A stretch of DNA of 64,000 nucleotides from Candidatus Nomurabacteria bacterium (lineage in GTDB: Bacteria; Patescibacteriota; Minisyncoccia; Phycocordibacterales; UBA5272), in the NCBI GenBank assembly GCA_040376695.1, contig JBEIQD010000001.1:15615-79614 (forward strand), given 5' to 3'. The stretch's first letter is position 1. Every line of letters starts with the position of its first letter. A program made the translations under genes and the position numbers. Below are positions 28,583 to 39,466 of the stretch, in pieces. A model generated the notes under the pieces. That model did no database searches. It was not told the DNA's origin and saw only the letters and a program-made list of their open reading frames with translations.

Positions 28583-30472
28583 ATGGGAAAAATTATCGGT
28601 ATTGACCTCGGAACAACAAACTCAGCTGTCGCAATTATTGAAGCAGGACAGCCAAAAATTATAGAAAACCTTGAAGGTAATCGCACGACACCTTCTGTTG
28701 TGTCGGTTAACAAAAATGGCGAACGAGCTGTGGGACAAATAGCAAAGCGTCAGGCTGTTACGAATCCAGAGAACACGGTGTACGGTGTGAAGCGTTTTAT
28801 GGGGCACTCATTTGATGATAAAGAAGTACAGGCTGATGTTCCTCGTGTTGCATACAAAATTAAGAAGAGTGATAACGGAGGTGTGCTTATTACACTCGGT
28901 GGAAAGGATGCTCGTCCAGAAGAAATCTCAGCGATGATTCTTCAGAAGATAAAAGCTGATGTAGAAGCAAAACTTGGTGAGACAATCACACAAGCGGTCA
29001 TTACTGTACCTGCGTATTTTAATGATACACAACGTCAGGCTACAGTGGACGCTGGCAAGATTGCCGGTCTTGAAGTGATGCGTATTATTCCTGAACCAAC
29101 AGCAGCAGCTCTTGCGTATGGATTTAACAGTATCAAAAACGAAAAGATCGCGGTGTATGACTTTGGAGGAGGAACGTTCGATATTTCAATCCTAGAAGTA
29201 GGTGATGGTGTTGTAGAAGTAAAGTCAGTTGATGGAGACTCACACCTAGGAGGTCGTGATATCGATCAGATGTTTGTTCAGTTTATTGCTTCTGAGTTTA
29301 AGAAGGATCAAGGGATTGATGTAAGTACCGATCCGCTTGCTCTTCAGCGACTTGATGAAGCAGCAGAAAAGGCAAAGCATGAACTTTCAACACAAGTAGA
29401 AACAGAAATTAACCTTCCATTTATTACATCAGGAGTTGATGGACCAAAGCACCTCGTTGTAAAAGTAACTCGTGCTCAACTTGAAGGAATTGCAAAGGAA
29501 TTCATCGATCGTTCAATCGAAATCACAAAGCGTGCAATCGAAAGCTCTCCATTTAAGAAGGAAGAAATTGATGAAATTATTATGGTTGGAGGGCAGACTC
29601 GTATGCCTATGATTATTGAGGCTGTGAAAGCACTCTTTGGTAAGGAGCCAAATCGTTCAATCAACCCGGATGAAGTGGTAGCTCTTGGTGCGGCTGTACA
29701 GGCCGGCGTGCTTCAGGGAGACGTTAAAGATCTTCTTCTTTTGGATGTAATCCCACTTTCTCTTGGAATTGAAACGATGGGTGGAGTTGCTACAAAGCTC
29801 GTAGAAAAAAACACCACTATTCCAACATCAAAGTCTCAGGTGTTCTCAACAGCAGCTGATAGTCAAACATCTGTTGAAATTCACATCACACAAGGTGAAC
29901 GTCCACTTGCAACTGATAACAAATCGCTCGGTAGGTTTATTCTAGACGGTATTCCACCAGCTCCACGAGGCATTCCACAGGTGGAAGTAACGTTTGATGT
30001 AGACGCAAACGGAATTCTTCAGGTGAAGGCAAAGGATAAGACATCTGGTAAGGAACAGTCTATTCGTATCGAAGCATCTTCTGGTCTTACTGATGAAGAT
30101 ATCAAGCGTATGCAAGCAGATGCTGAAGCTCATGCCGAAGAAGACAAGAAGAAAATGGAGCTTATCGAAACAAAGAATCTTGCAGATCAAATGGTTCATA
30201 CTGCAGAAAAAGCACTTAAGGATGCTGAAGGAAAAATAAGCGATGATATTAAGAATGAAATCACTTCGGTGATTGAAGAAGTCAAAACTGCTCGCGCGGG
30301 AGATGATGCTGAAGCAATTAAATCAACATCTGAAAAACTTTCAACAGCAATGATGAAAATCGGAGAAGCAATGAAGACGGCAAATGATAATGCAACAGCT
30401 GAATCAGCAACTTCTTCAGAGGGACAAGCAGAACCAGCTTCTGAAGAAAAGAAAGAAGAAGGTCAGGCATAA
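28583..30472 (+). CDS. dnaK: chaperone DnaK (Hsp70)
   Basis: [18 protein letters not shown] and the full Hsp70 architecture. Confidence 0.97.
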   Translation: MGKIIGIDLGTTNSAVAIIEAGQPKIIENLEGNRTTPSVVSVNKNGERAVGQIAKRQAVTNPENTVYGVKRFMGHSFDDKEVQADVPRVAYKIKKSDNGGVLITLGGKDARPEEISAMILQKIKADVEAKLGETITQAVITVPAYFNDTQRQATVDAGKIAGLEVMRIIPEPTAAALAYGFNSIKNEKIAVYDFGGGTFDISILEVGDGVVEVKSVDGDSHLGGRDIDQMFVQFIASEFKKDQGIDVSTDPLALQRLDEAAEKAKHELSTQVETEINLPFITSGVDGPKHLVVKVTRAQLEGIAKEFIDRSIEITKRAIESSPFKKEEIDEIIMVGGQTRMPMIIEAVKALFGKEPNRSINPDEVVALGAAVQAGVLQGDVKDLLLLDVIPLSLGIETMGGVATKLVEKNTTIPTSKSQVFSTAADSQTSVEIHITQGERPLATDNKSLGRFILDGIPPAPRGIPQVEVTFDVDANGILQVKAKDKTSGKEQSIRIEASSGLTDEDIKRMQADAEAHAEEDKKKMELIETKNLADQMVHTAEKALKDAEGKISDDIKNEITSVIEEVKTARAGDDAEAIKSTSEKLSTAMMKIGEAMKTANDNATAESATSSEGQAEPASEEKKEEGQA

Positions 30473-30475
30473 ACC

Positions 30476-31534
30476 ATGGCAAAAAATTATTACGAAGTAC
30501 TTGGAGTAGATAAGGGGGCAAAGAAAGAGGATATCAAAAAGGCCTTCTATAAACTCGCCGCAAAGTATCACCCGGATAAAGGGGGGGATGAAGCAAAGTT
30601 TAAAGAAGTAAACGAAGCCTACCAGACACTCTCTGATGAGAAAAAAAGAAAGGAGTACGATACCTACGGACAAACATTCAACGGACAAGGACCACAAGGA
30701 GGAGGGTTTGGTGGTTTCAACGCATCAGACTTCCAAGATATGCAGTTTGATTTTGGGGATTTAGGAGACATGTTCGGGGACATGTTCGGGGGAGGATCTC
30801 GCACTAAACGTGGACGCGATATTTCTCTTGAAATAGATGTGACTTTTAAAGAGGCTGTCTTTGGTACTGAGCGTAATGTGCTTATCAATAAAGTTGGAGA
30901 ATGTTCAACATGTGATGGAACAGGAGCAAAGAAAGGAAGTGCAATGAGTACATGTACCACTTGTAACGGACAAGGAAAAGTACATGATGTGAAGCGAACA
31001 TTTATGGGTAATTTCCAAACAGTTAAAACTTGTGATGTCTGTCACGGGAAAGGAAAGATTCCTAAAGATAAGTGTCATGATTGTCGCGGAGCAGGTGTGC
31101 TTAATAAACGTGAAGAAATCCATATTCAGGTTCCAGCGGGTATTTCAAACGGTGAGATGATCAGAATGACCGCAATGGGGGAAGCTGTGTCTGGTGGTCA
31201 AACTGGAGATCTCTACGTGAAGATAAACGTTCAGTCAGACAAAGTCTGGAAGCGTGAAGGAAATGATTTGGTCATCAAACATTCAATAAAACTAACCGAT
31301 GCACTTCTTGGTACTAAGCAAGCAATTGAAGGGCTCGATGGGACTATTGATATCGATATTCCAGCTGGAGTTTCTGCCGGAGAAATTCTTCGTGTAAAAC
31401 ATCGCGGAGTTCCGCATGTTCACGACAAACAAAAACGTGGAGACGTGCTTGTTAAATTAGATATTGCCATGCCAAAGAAACTTTCTAAAGCAGCAATGAA
31501 ATTTATTCAAGGACTTCAAGAAGAAGGTCTCTAA
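30476..31534 (+). CDS. dnaJ: chaperone DnaJ
   Basis: J domain with HPD, a G/F region and four CxxCxGxG zinc-finger repeats. Confidence 0.93.
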   Translation: MAKNYYEVLGVDKGAKKEDIKKAFYKLAAKYHPDKGGDEAKFKEVNEAYQTLSDEKKRKEYDTYGQTFNGQGPQGGGFGGFNASDFQDMQFDFGDLGDMFGDMFGGGSRTKRGRDISLEIDVTFKEAVFGTERNVLINKVGECSTCDGTGAKKGSAMSTCTTCNGQGKVHDVKRTFMGNFQTVKTCDVCHGKGKIPKDKCHDCRGAGVLNKREEIHIQVPAGISNGEMIRMTAMGEAVSGGQTGDLYVKINVQSDKVWKREGNDLVIKHSIKLTDALLGTKQAIEGLDGTIDIDIPAGVSAGEILRVKHRGVPHVHDKQKRGDVLVKLDIAMPKKLSKAAMKFIQGLQEEGL

Positions 31535-31545
31535 AACTAGAGAGT

Positions 31546-31596
31546 AAAATGTAAAGAGCGACGTCTACGGCGTCGCTCTTTACATTTGCTTTTTAT
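31546..31596 (+). terminator. strong rho-independent terminator after dnaJ
   Basis: 17-bp stem aaatgtaaagagcgacg…cgtcgctctttacattt followed by gcttttt. Confidence 0.8.
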
Positions 31597-31653
31597 TGTT
31601 GCTTTATATAGAATGAAATCTTCGTAGTTCTTATTACATAACAAGGAGTCAGT

Positions 31654-32349
31654 ATGGCATCGAAACTTCCACCGCGAGTCCAAGATTGGATAGCGGCTAC
31701 TTTAAAAGCCGCTCCTAAACATCATCGTATTTCTCCTGCGAAAGCGGAGATTTACGTGCAGTCCACGTCAGAGTTTTTTAATGGAATCGTTGCAGATCAT
31801 CTGGTTTTGCGACGAGCTCAGGTTGGCTTTGATGCTCTAGAGCATGCTGATTGGGTATATCCAGCCCTGTGCTTAAGGGCAGGGGCCCAGACTCAATCTG
31901 AGGGAATCTCTCCACTTAATTCATGGGTGCTTAAGTCGCCCATTGATTGGGTTCCCACTTTCAGTCACATCATTGAAGAGTGTGAGTGGCGACGGGAAGT
32001 TATGGAACTGTGTTCCGATTCTCCTGCTGCACCGCTTTCCTTGGAACAGTTACAGGAGGAGCTCGTCGCAAAGACCTGTGAACAGGTGGTTGATTTTGTG
32101 AAGATTCTTGATATGTGGGTTGAGGCGGGCAGACCTCGTGAACAGCAAGACTGCTTCACCAACATGAACAGGAAACTGGTCAAAAGGGTATTGGATCGGC
32201 AAATAATAAATAAGCGTAGCGCAAAAGAAAAGCTCGACACGTTTAAAAAGTATTTCGCCCCGGACTTTTTAGTGGAACAGCTGGAAGGTGCATATGCGAA
32301 AGAATCTGCAATTTGTGAGCAATTGAGTGAATCAATGCGCTACTGCTAA
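31654..32349 (+). CDS. hypothetical soluble protein, GC-elevated (~49 %)
   Basis: 231 aa. SD aaggag 7 nt upstream. Own terminator at 32357-32390. No motifs recognised. Confidence 0.5.
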   Translation: MASKLPPRVQDWIAATLKAAPKHHRISPAKAEIYVQSTSEFFNGIVADHLVLRRAQVGFDALEHADWVYPALCLRAGAQTQSEGISPLNSWVLKSPIDWVPTFSHIIEECEWRREVMELCSDSPAAPLSLEQLQEELVAKTCEQVVDFVKILDMWVEAGRPREQQDCFTNMNRKLVKRVLDRQIINKRSAKEKLDTFKKYFAPDFLVEQLEGAYAKESAICEQLSESMRYC

Positions 32350-32356
32350 ATAACAA

Positions 32357-32390
32357 ACGACCTAAAGTGTACACTTTAGGTCGTTTTTTC
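32357..32390 (+). terminator. rho-independent terminator
   Basis: acgacctaaagtgt-acactttaggtcgtttttt. Confidence 0.75.
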
Positions 32391-32464
32391 TTGCTTTACT
32401 TTTTGTATTTTCAGCCGTAGGATTGAAGGCAGTGGTACCCTATTTCTTTAAGGAGGGCATAAAT

Positions 32465-33070
32465 ATGAACTACCCTGAAGTTAATCTTTTGTATGCGCGG
32501 TGTTGTTTAACTTTTTCAGCATTCAAAAAGCAGGAAGAGGTTGATTTTCCTCAAAACGCCCTACTTTTTGTTAGCTCGCTCACAATACGTGCCAAGCTAC
32601 AAGAAAAGCTCGATGCAGTGCGAACGCAGTATCAGTTTATTCCAGACGAAGTTTACTTCACGTTTTTGATGGACGGTTCTATTGTTCCTCGCTTTGGAAG
32701 CGAACTTCTTTCAGTCAGTGTTCCGTTTATTGAACCTTCTGTTAGAGGATTGCAACAACTACCCATTTCTAAAGCACTTTCTTTTTCTTACGAAGAAGAA
32801 GTGATGCAGGAATACGGCAGATCATTGCGAGCCTTTCGTTCGATTTGTCAGGAGTTGAATCAAACCTGGATAGCCCGCGTCACTGAAAATAACAAAATTG
32901 ATTTTGTTATTTTAAAACTGGAAACAGAATATCACCAAACATTGCGTACATTACGTGCACTGGCTGTGTTTAGCTCAACGTCAAAAATGTACAAAGAGGT
33001 GGAACAAAAACTGAGCCGCGTAGGTAAGCTACTACAAAAACTTAAGTGGATTAAACAAGGAGGCGCATGA
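32465..33070 (+). CDS. hypothetical soluble protein (start moved to the ATG with a strong SD)
   Basis: The ORF-track start at 32423 is TTG. The ATG at 32465 is preceded by AGGAGG with an 8-nt spacer. Followed by the hairpin ggcgcatgagcgcc plus a T-run. Confidence 0.5.
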   Translation: MNYPEVNLLYARCCLTFSAFKKQEEVDFPQNALLFVSSLTIRAKLQEKLDAVRTQYQFIPDEVYFTFLMDGSIVPRFGSELLSVSVPFIEPSVRGLQQLPISKALSFSYEEEVMQEYGRSLRAFRSICQELNQTWIARVTENNKIDFVILKLETEYHQTLRTLRALAVFSSTSKMYKEVEQKLSRVGKLLQKLKWIKQGGA

Positions 33071-33132
33071 GCGCCTTTTCTTTTTATCTATATCAGTTAC
33101 ACTTATCTACATTATACTAACCAACTGTACTT

Positions 33133-34545
33133 ATGATTCTTGCTATTTTTGTCCTTACGTATGTGCTCATCATGATTCCGATAGGACTCTATGCTAGTCG
33201 TAAAGTAAAGAATACAGGGGATTATGTGCTAGCTGGTCGGTCACTTCCGTTTTATATGGCATTGGCAACGGTGTTCGCTACGTGGTTTGGTTCTGAATCA
33301 ATTCTCGGAGCTTCAACAAAATTTGCAGAAGGAGGATTTGGAAATGTTATTGAAGATCCTTTCGGAGCAGCGCTTTGTCTTATTATTGCTGGGTTGTTTT
33401 TTAACAGAAAGTTATACAACTTAAATTTCCTTACAATTGGAGATTATTTTAAGAATAGATACAACACGATCATTGCGATATTTCTTTCTGTTGCAATTAT
33501 CATTAGTTATTTCGGATGGGTGGCGGCACAATTTTTAGCGCTTGGACTTGTTCTTTCAACAGTTATTCCTGCACTCTCTCTCCAATGGGCAATTCTTTTT
33601 GCTGCAGCGCTCGTAACCATGTATACCTTTTTTGGAGGAATGTACTCAGTGGCAACGCTCGATACTATTCAAGTGGTTGTTATTACACTTGGGCTTGGAG
33701 CCGTGTTTGCTTATGCGATGGCAAAGATAGGGGGAATTGATGCTTTGGTAGCGGGAACACCTCCGGAGTTTTGGCATGTTACACCAAGTATGTCTGGATC
33801 GTTAACTGAATGGATTATTTTTGTGACGGCGCTCATGACTATCGGTTTTGGTTCTATTCCACAACAAGATGTATATCAACGTGCCATGTCAGCAAAATCT
33901 GCCACTGTTTCTGTGTGGGCATCAGTTATTGGAGGGCTCCTTTATTTCACTATAGTGCTCATGCCACTTTTCATCGCAGGAGCTGCTCGTATCTTGTACC
34001 CTGATGTTCTAGAAAGTAATCCGCAGAATCTTGTCTTAACACTTATCCAGGATCATACGCCATTGTTCTTGCAGGTCCTTTTCTTCGGAGCCTTGGTTTC
34101 TGCTATTATCTCTACCGCCTCAGGTGCCCTCCTTGCCCCTGGGACGCTTCTTGCGGAAAACATTGTTAAGCCATTCTTTAGTGATATTTCAGATAAGCTT
34201 CGTCTTCATATTATTCGTATTGCGGTGATGTTGATTGCGGTAGGAGGTGTTGTGCTTGCACTACGGGATGATGCACGTATCTATGAACTAGTTGCGAGTG
34301 CGTATTCGGTTACTTTAGTAGCAGGGTTCATTCCTCTTGCTGTTGGGTTATACAGTAAGAAAGCAAATTCATTCGGCGCTCTTATTTCTATTGTTGCCGG
34401 TATGAGCACGTGGCAGTATTGGGAGCACTTCGTGGTGTCAGATATTCCTGGAACCTTCATGGGATTCACTGCTTCAGCTGTCGGTATGGTGATAGGAACT
34501 ATTATCGGGCGATTTATTCAAAAGGAAGAGAAGGTAATGCTCTAA
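33133..34545 (+). CDS. sodium:solute symporter family (SSS) transporter
   Basis: 470 aa with about 13 TM helices and an SSS-like GSESILG segment near TM2. Confidence 0.8.
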   Translation: MILAIFVLTYVLIMIPIGLYASRKVKNTGDYVLAGRSLPFYMALATVFATWFGSESILGASTKFAEGGFGNVIEDPFGAALCLIIAGLFFNRKLYNLNFLTIGDYFKNRYNTIIAIFLSVAIIISYFGWVAAQFLALGLVLSTVIPALSLQWAILFAAALVTMYTFFGGMYSVATLDTIQVVVITLGLGAVFAYAMAKIGGIDALVAGTPPEFWHVTPSMSGSLTEWIIFVTALMTIGFGSIPQQDVYQRAMSAKSATVSVWASVIGGLLYFTIVLMPLFIAGAARILYPDVLESNPQNLVLTLIQDHTPLFLQVLFFGALVSAIISTASGALLAPGTLLAENIVKPFFSDISDKLRLHIIRIAVMLIAVGGVVLALRDDARIYELVASAYSVTLVAGFIPLAVGLYSKKANSFGALISIVAGMSTWQYWEHFVVSDIPGTFMGFTASAVGMVIGTIIGRFIQKEEKVML

Positions 34546-34560
34546 TGATATACTAAAAAT

Positions 34561-35565
34561 ATGTTCGGATTTTCTTCTGAAAAAAGTAATAAAAAAATTC
34601 TTCTCTCTGGTGTTCAGTCAACAGGGACACTTCATTTTGGAAATTATTTTGGTGCGATGAAACAAAATATAGAACTTGGAAACGACGAAGCCTTTGACTC
34701 GTATGTGTTTATTGCAGACTATCATTCACTTACTACGGTGAAGGATAAAGTTGCTCTACGTAAAAGCGCCCTTGAAATTGCTGCAGCCTATATTGCGTGT
34801 GGGTTGGATACAAATAAAGTGACACTGTTTAGACAATCCGCTGTTCCTGAACACACTGAACTTGCTATCATTTTAAATAACGTGGTTACCATGCCATACC
34901 TCATGCGAGCACATGCTTTTAAAGATCATGAAGCAAAGAGCCAAGAAGTAAACGTGGGACTTTTCTGTTACCCGGTTCTTATGGCAGCAGACATTCTTAT
35001 GTATGGAGCAGATGTTGTTCCTGTAGGACAGGACCAGAAGCAACACATTGAGTATGCGCGTGATATTGCAGGTTTTTATAATAGAGCGTGGAATGTTGAA
35101 CAGTTTAAGCTGCCGCAAGATCTTATTATGAAAGATGTCGCTGTTGTACCTGGAGTGGATGGAGAAAAAATGAGTAAGAGTAAAGGAAATGTTATATCAC
35201 TTTTTGGAGATGATGCTGATATCAAAAAAGCTGTAATGGGAATTGTGACTGATAGTGCTCATCCTGACGATAAGAAAAATCCTGACACTAATACTATTTT
35301 TAATATTCATAAACTTTTTTTGACACACGCTGAGATTGATGCACTTCGTTCAAAATTTGAACAAGGTGGATATGGATATAAGCAAGCAAAAGATGAACTA
35401 CTTGAAACTATTATGAGATGGAGAACAGGGAAGAAAGAAGTGTTCGATGAACTTATGTCTAATCCCTCAAAAATAGAAGCACTTTTAGAAGAAGGGGGTA
35501 AGCGTGCTCGCGTCCGCGCACAGCAGACAATGAAAGAAGTAAGAACTCAGGTAGGATTGGAATAA
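34561..35565 (+). CDS. trpS: tryptophanyl-tRNA synthetase
   Basis: Class I HIGH-like TGTLHFGNY and KMSKS motifs. Confidence 0.92.
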   Translation: MFGFSSEKSNKKILLSGVQSTGTLHFGNYFGAMKQNIELGNDEAFDSYVFIADYHSLTTVKDKVALRKSALEIAAAYIACGLDTNKVTLFRQSAVPEHTELAIILNNVVTMPYLMRAHAFKDHEAKSQEVNVGLFCYPVLMAADILMYGADVVPVGQDQKQHIEYARDIAGFYNRAWNVEQFKLPQDLIMKDVAVVPGVDGEKMSKSKGNVISLFGDDADIKKAVMGIVTDSAHPDDKKNPDTNTIFNIHKLFLTHAEIDALRSKFEQGGYGYKQAKDELLETIMRWRTGKKEVFDELMSNPSKIEALLEEGGKRARVRAQQTMKEVRTQVGLE

Positions 35566-35588
35566 CAACGTTTTTTTGCTATAGTGAA

Positions 35589-37004
35589 ATGATTATGCGT
35601 ACGTATATTAAGGACTTATCGGCACATGTCGGACAGGAGATATCTGTCTCTGTTTGGGTTGATGTCAGGCGTGATCAAGGGAAAATGGTTTTTCTCGATC
35701 TTCGAGATGTTACAGGAAAAGCCCAGGCTATTGTTTTGCCTAATCATACGGAAGCCCTTGAGGTGGCACAAAGACTTCGCCCTGAATGGGTAGTGGAAGT
35801 CCGGGGACTTGTTAACAAACGTCCAGAGAAAAATATTAAACAAGGTGTACTTAATGGTGATATCGAACTTGAGGTTCTTTCTATTCTTGTTCTTAACGAA
35901 GCAGAAACTCCAGCCTTTGATATTTCAACAGATGGACGCGAAATCGGGGAAGAGGTTCGTCTTGAGAAAAAATATCTAGACCTTCGTCGTGCCCGTATGC
36001 AGAGAAATATTTCAATGAGACATAAGCTGATTAGTCATGTTCGTGCCTATCTTGGTGAACAATCATTCCTTGAAATTGAAACACCTCTTCTGACTAATCC
36101 AACACCAGAAGGTTCACGGTCATACCTTGTTCCGTCTCGTGTGCATCCTGGTAATTTTTACGCACTACCACAATCTCCTCAGCAGTATAAGCAGCTTCTC
36201 ATGTCAGCGGGATTTGAACGCTACTTTCAAATAGCAAAGTGTATGCGCGATGAAGATACTCGCGGCGATCGTCAGCCAGAATTTACACAAATGGACCTCG
36301 AAATGAGTTTTGTCGTCCGTGAAGATGTGATGAAGTTAAACGAAGGACTATTAATTGATCTCGTTACAAAACTTTTCCCAGAGAAAAAAATTCAAACAGT
36401 ACCATTTCCTGTTCTTACTTACGCAGAAGCAATGGAGAAATACGGAACTGATAAGCCAGATATTCGAACAGACAAAGAAGATGAAAACCTGCTAGCATTT
36501 TGTTGGGTGATCGATTTTCCGGCTTTTGAAAAAACAACTGAAGATACAGTTGATGGAAATGGTGACTGGACATTTACCCACAATCCGTTCACCGGAGTTA
36601 AGGATGAATTCATCAACGATCTTATGGAGAAGAAAAATATTGGTAACATTATTTCAACTCAGTATGATATTGCAATGAATGGTTACGAAATAGGTGGTGG
36701 AGGAATACGTCTTCATAAACCTGAGGCGTTACGTAAAGTATTCGAGATTATGGGATACAGTGATGAGCGTATTGAAACAAACTTTGGTCATATGCTAAAA
36801 GCCCTAGGCTCAGGCACGCCGCCACATGGCGGTATTGCATGGGGACTCGATCGTCTTCTGATGGTATTGCTTAATGAACCAAACATTCGCGAAGTAATGG
36901 CATTCCCAAAGACTGGTGAAGGAAAAGATATTCTTATGCAGGCTCCGTCTCCAGCGCCCGAAAAAACATTAAAGGAGCTAGGAATTACTTTACAGAAAAA
37001 ATAA
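35589..37004 (+). CDS. aspS: aspartyl-tRNA synthetase (non-discriminating type length)
   Basis: N-terminal OB domain, class II motifs and GGGGIRLH. 471 aa without the GAD insertion. Confidence 0.92.
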   Translation: MIMRTYIKDLSAHVGQEISVSVWVDVRRDQGKMVFLDLRDVTGKAQAIVLPNHTEALEVAQRLRPEWVVEVRGLVNKRPEKNIKQGVLNGDIELEVLSILVLNEAETPAFDISTDGREIGEEVRLEKKYLDLRRARMQRNISMRHKLISHVRAYLGEQSFLEIETPLLTNPTPEGSRSYLVPSRVHPGNFYALPQSPQQYKQLLMSAGFERYFQIAKCMRDEDTRGDRQPEFTQMDLEMSFVVREDVMKLNEGLLIDLVTKLFPEKKIQTVPFPVLTYAEAMEKYGTDKPDIRTDKEDENLLAFCWVIDFPAFEKTTEDTVDGNGDWTFTHNPFTGVKDEFINDLMEKKNIGNIISTQYDIAMNGYEIGGGGIRLHKPEALRKVFEIMGYSDERIETNFGHMLKALGSGTPPHGGIAWGLDRLLMVLLNEPNIREVMAFPKTGEGKDILMQAPSPAPEKTLKELGITLQKK

Positions 37005-37010
37005 TCTAGA

Positions 37011-38201
37011 ATGAATAAAGGTGTGAAAAGATCAACGAAGGTTGATCTTTTTTCATGGTATAGTAACTATATGATTAAAAAAGCTCTTATAGGAATACTT
37101 ATATTGCAGAGTATTTCCTTTTCTTATGCAGCACTTGAGACAGCTATTTGGATTCCTTACTGGAGAAAATCAGAAGGTGCTACATCTACGCTTGCGAATT
37201 TGGATAAGGTGACTCAAATAAGTCCTTTTGCGTATGAGTTACAAGCTGATGGATCCATAAAAGATGCGCTGAAAGCTACAGAGGAACCTTGGACGACGCT
37301 TATTAAAGAAGCAAAGAAAAAGAAAATAAAAATATATCCAAGTATACTGTCATACCCTCAAACTTCTACTGAACAGAACAGTGTGTACCTGCTTCTTGCT
37401 CAAAAGAAGAAACGACAAGCACATGTGCAGGAAATCGTAGCGCTCGTTAAGAAAAACAAATTTGATGGTATAGATATTGATTATGAAAATAAACTAGCAG
37501 ACACTAGGCCGTATTTTTCTATTTTTCTTACTGAATTAGGTGTAGCTCTAAGAAAAGATGGAAAAAAACTTATCTGTACTGTTGAGGCACGAACGCCACC
37601 AGAAAGTAAGTATGCAACAACATCAAAAGAAATTCTCTCTCGAGTTGAGTACGCAAATGATTATAAGACGATAGGGAAGGTTTGTGATCAGGTTCGTATT
37701 ATGGCGTATGACCAAGGGTTAGATGATGCTAATCTTGTTAACCAAAATAAAATCATGGGAGCTTTATACCGTCCTGTGGCAGATATTGAATGGGTTAAAA
37801 AGATAATGACGCTTGCGATGGAAGATATTCCAGCAAAGAAGTTATTTATTGGAGTGGCAACGTATGGATATAAATATGAAATTATTCCTGCTACAGCAAC
37901 ATCAAGTTTGCGATCTCCACGAATTGGTTCAATGAATTATAACTACACCGATGAATTGGTTAAGATGTTGAATATAACGCCTACACGTAATAGTGCTGGG
38001 GAATTGCACTTTACGTATGCAACTTCTACTGGGGTGGAGGGTGAGCAACTAGGTGGAATAAAACAGTTTCTTGTGTGGTATTCTGACGCTCAATCTATTG
38101 CTGACAAAATACGCATAGCAAAATTATATAACCTTGCAGGCATTGCAATATTTAAGATTGATGGAGGGCAGGACCCACGCGTATGGAGTGTTCTTAAATA
38201 A
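37011..38201 (+). CDS. glycoside hydrolase family 18-like protein with an N-terminal signal/TM
   Basis: FDGIDIDYE matches the GH18 DxxDxDxE catalytic motif. Starts 6 nt after the aspS stop. Confidence 0.7.
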   Translation: MNKGVKRSTKVDLFSWYSNYMIKKALIGILILQSISFSYAALETAIWIPYWRKSEGATSTLANLDKVTQISPFAYELQADGSIKDALKATEEPWTTLIKEAKKKKIKIYPSILSYPQTSTEQNSVYLLLAQKKKRQAHVQEIVALVKKNKFDGIDIDYENKLADTRPYFSIFLTELGVALRKDGKKLICTVEARTPPESKYATTSKEILSRVEYANDYKTIGKVCDQVRIMAYDQGLDDANLVNQNKIMGALYRPVADIEWVKKIMTLAMEDIPAKKLFIGVATYGYKYEIIPATATSSLRSPRIGSMNYNYTDELVKMLNITPTRNSAGELHFTYATSTGVEGEQLGGIKQFLVWYSDAQSIADKIRIAKLYNLAGIAIFKIDGGQDPRVWSVLK

Positions 38202-38203
38202 CT

Positions 38204-38935
38204 ATGTCAGATCAAGCCTTTACAATAAAATTAGATAGATTTGAAGGCCCGTATACCAAGCTTCTTGATCTTATTGAAGATAAGAAACTTTCTATAACAG
38301 AAATCTCTCTTGTCTCTGTGGCGGATGAATATATTTTGTATATAAAAAGTCTTGATCAAAAAAACCTTGTAGATATTTCTCAGTTTATTGTTGTAGCAAG
38401 TACGCTCATGCTTATGAAGGCAAAGTCTCTGTTGCCTGGAGTTGTGTATACAGAAGAAGAAGAGAAGCAAGTTCATGATCTAGAACATAAACTTGAACTC
38501 TACGCACTTTTAACAGGAGCGTCTGGGCGTATGAGAAATATTTTCATGAAGCAACGATTGTTTTCTCGAGAACGTATTGCGTATAAAGGTGGAGCAGTAT
38601 TTGTTCCCGATAGACGTGTATCTTCTTCAATGCTTCAATCAATAGCCCATTTAACACTTGCTTCATTTGTTACTCCAAAGCAACTTGTCAAAGTTGCTGT
38701 TGAAGCGGCTCTTCGCATTGAAAATGTTATTGAATCACTACTTACTCGTGTGCGAGGTATGCAGGCGGTAACACTTCAAGGTCTTGCGGATGGAGCAAAA
38801 ACAATCGAAGAAAGAAAGAAGCTTCTGATTGTTAATTTTATTGCACTCCTAGAATTGGTGAGAAGTGGTGCGATCCACGCTTCTCAAACTGCTGACGGTG
38901 GTGATATTGAACTAGTAAGCGCTCAAGCAAAGTAG
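38204..38935 (+). CDS. scpA: segregation and condensation protein A
   Basis: ScpA kleisin-like sequence immediately upstream of scpB. Confidence 0.8.
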   Translation: MSDQAFTIKLDRFEGPYTKLLDLIEDKKLSITEISLVSVADEYILYIKSLDQKNLVDISQFIVVASTLMLMKAKSLLPGVVYTEEEEKQVHDLEHKLELYALLTGASGRMRNIFMKQRLFSRERIAYKGGAVFVPDRRVSSSMLQSIAHLTLASFVTPKQLVKVAVEAALRIENVIESLLTRVRGMQAVTLQGLADGAKTIEERKKLLIVNFIALLELVRSGAIHASQTADGGDIELVSAQAK

Positions 38936-38953
38936 CATGATAGAATATAGTAT

Positions 38954-39460
38954 ATGCTTCATAAACTCGTAACAATTCTTTTTCTTTCAGGTGAACCAAT
39001 CAAGATAGATACACTGTCTTCACTTCTTGTTGTTCCGCGAGAGGAGATAGAAAAGCATATTGAAGAGCTTGGAGCAGCTTTAAATTCTATCGGACTTTCA
39101 CTTCTTCGCAGTAATGATGGGTTGTCCATTGTTACGCAATCAGTTCAAGCACCACTTGTTGAAGCTTTTTGGCGAGAAGAGTTAGAGGGAGATCTTACAC
39201 CCGCAACACTTCAAGTGTTAACATTAGTTGCGTATATTGGAACTCCAACACGTGAAGAAATATCCTATATTCGAGGGGTTCAGTCTTCTCAGTCAATTCG
39301 TACACTTACTGTGCGTGGGCTTATTTCGCGCACAGGGGAGGTTTGCGCTTTAACAGGAGATGCTCTCAAACAGTTGGGTGTGACTACCGTTGAGGAACTT
39401 CCCGATTACGCAACACTTCATGCGAGTTTTGTAGAAAAATTAGAAGCCCGTGGCATGTAA
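38954..39460 (+). CDS. scpB: segregation and condensation protein B
   Basis: Tandem winged-helix ScpB pattern. Confidence 0.8.
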   Translation: MLHKLVTILFLSGEPIKIDTLSSLLVVPREEIEKHIEELGAALNSIGLSLLRSNDGLSIVTQSVQAPLVEAFWREELEGDLTPATLQVLTLVAYIGTPTREEISYIRGVQSSQSIRTLTVRGLISRTGEVCALTGDALKQLGVTTVEELPDYATLHASFVEKLEARGM

Positions 39461-39466
39461 GGGGGT

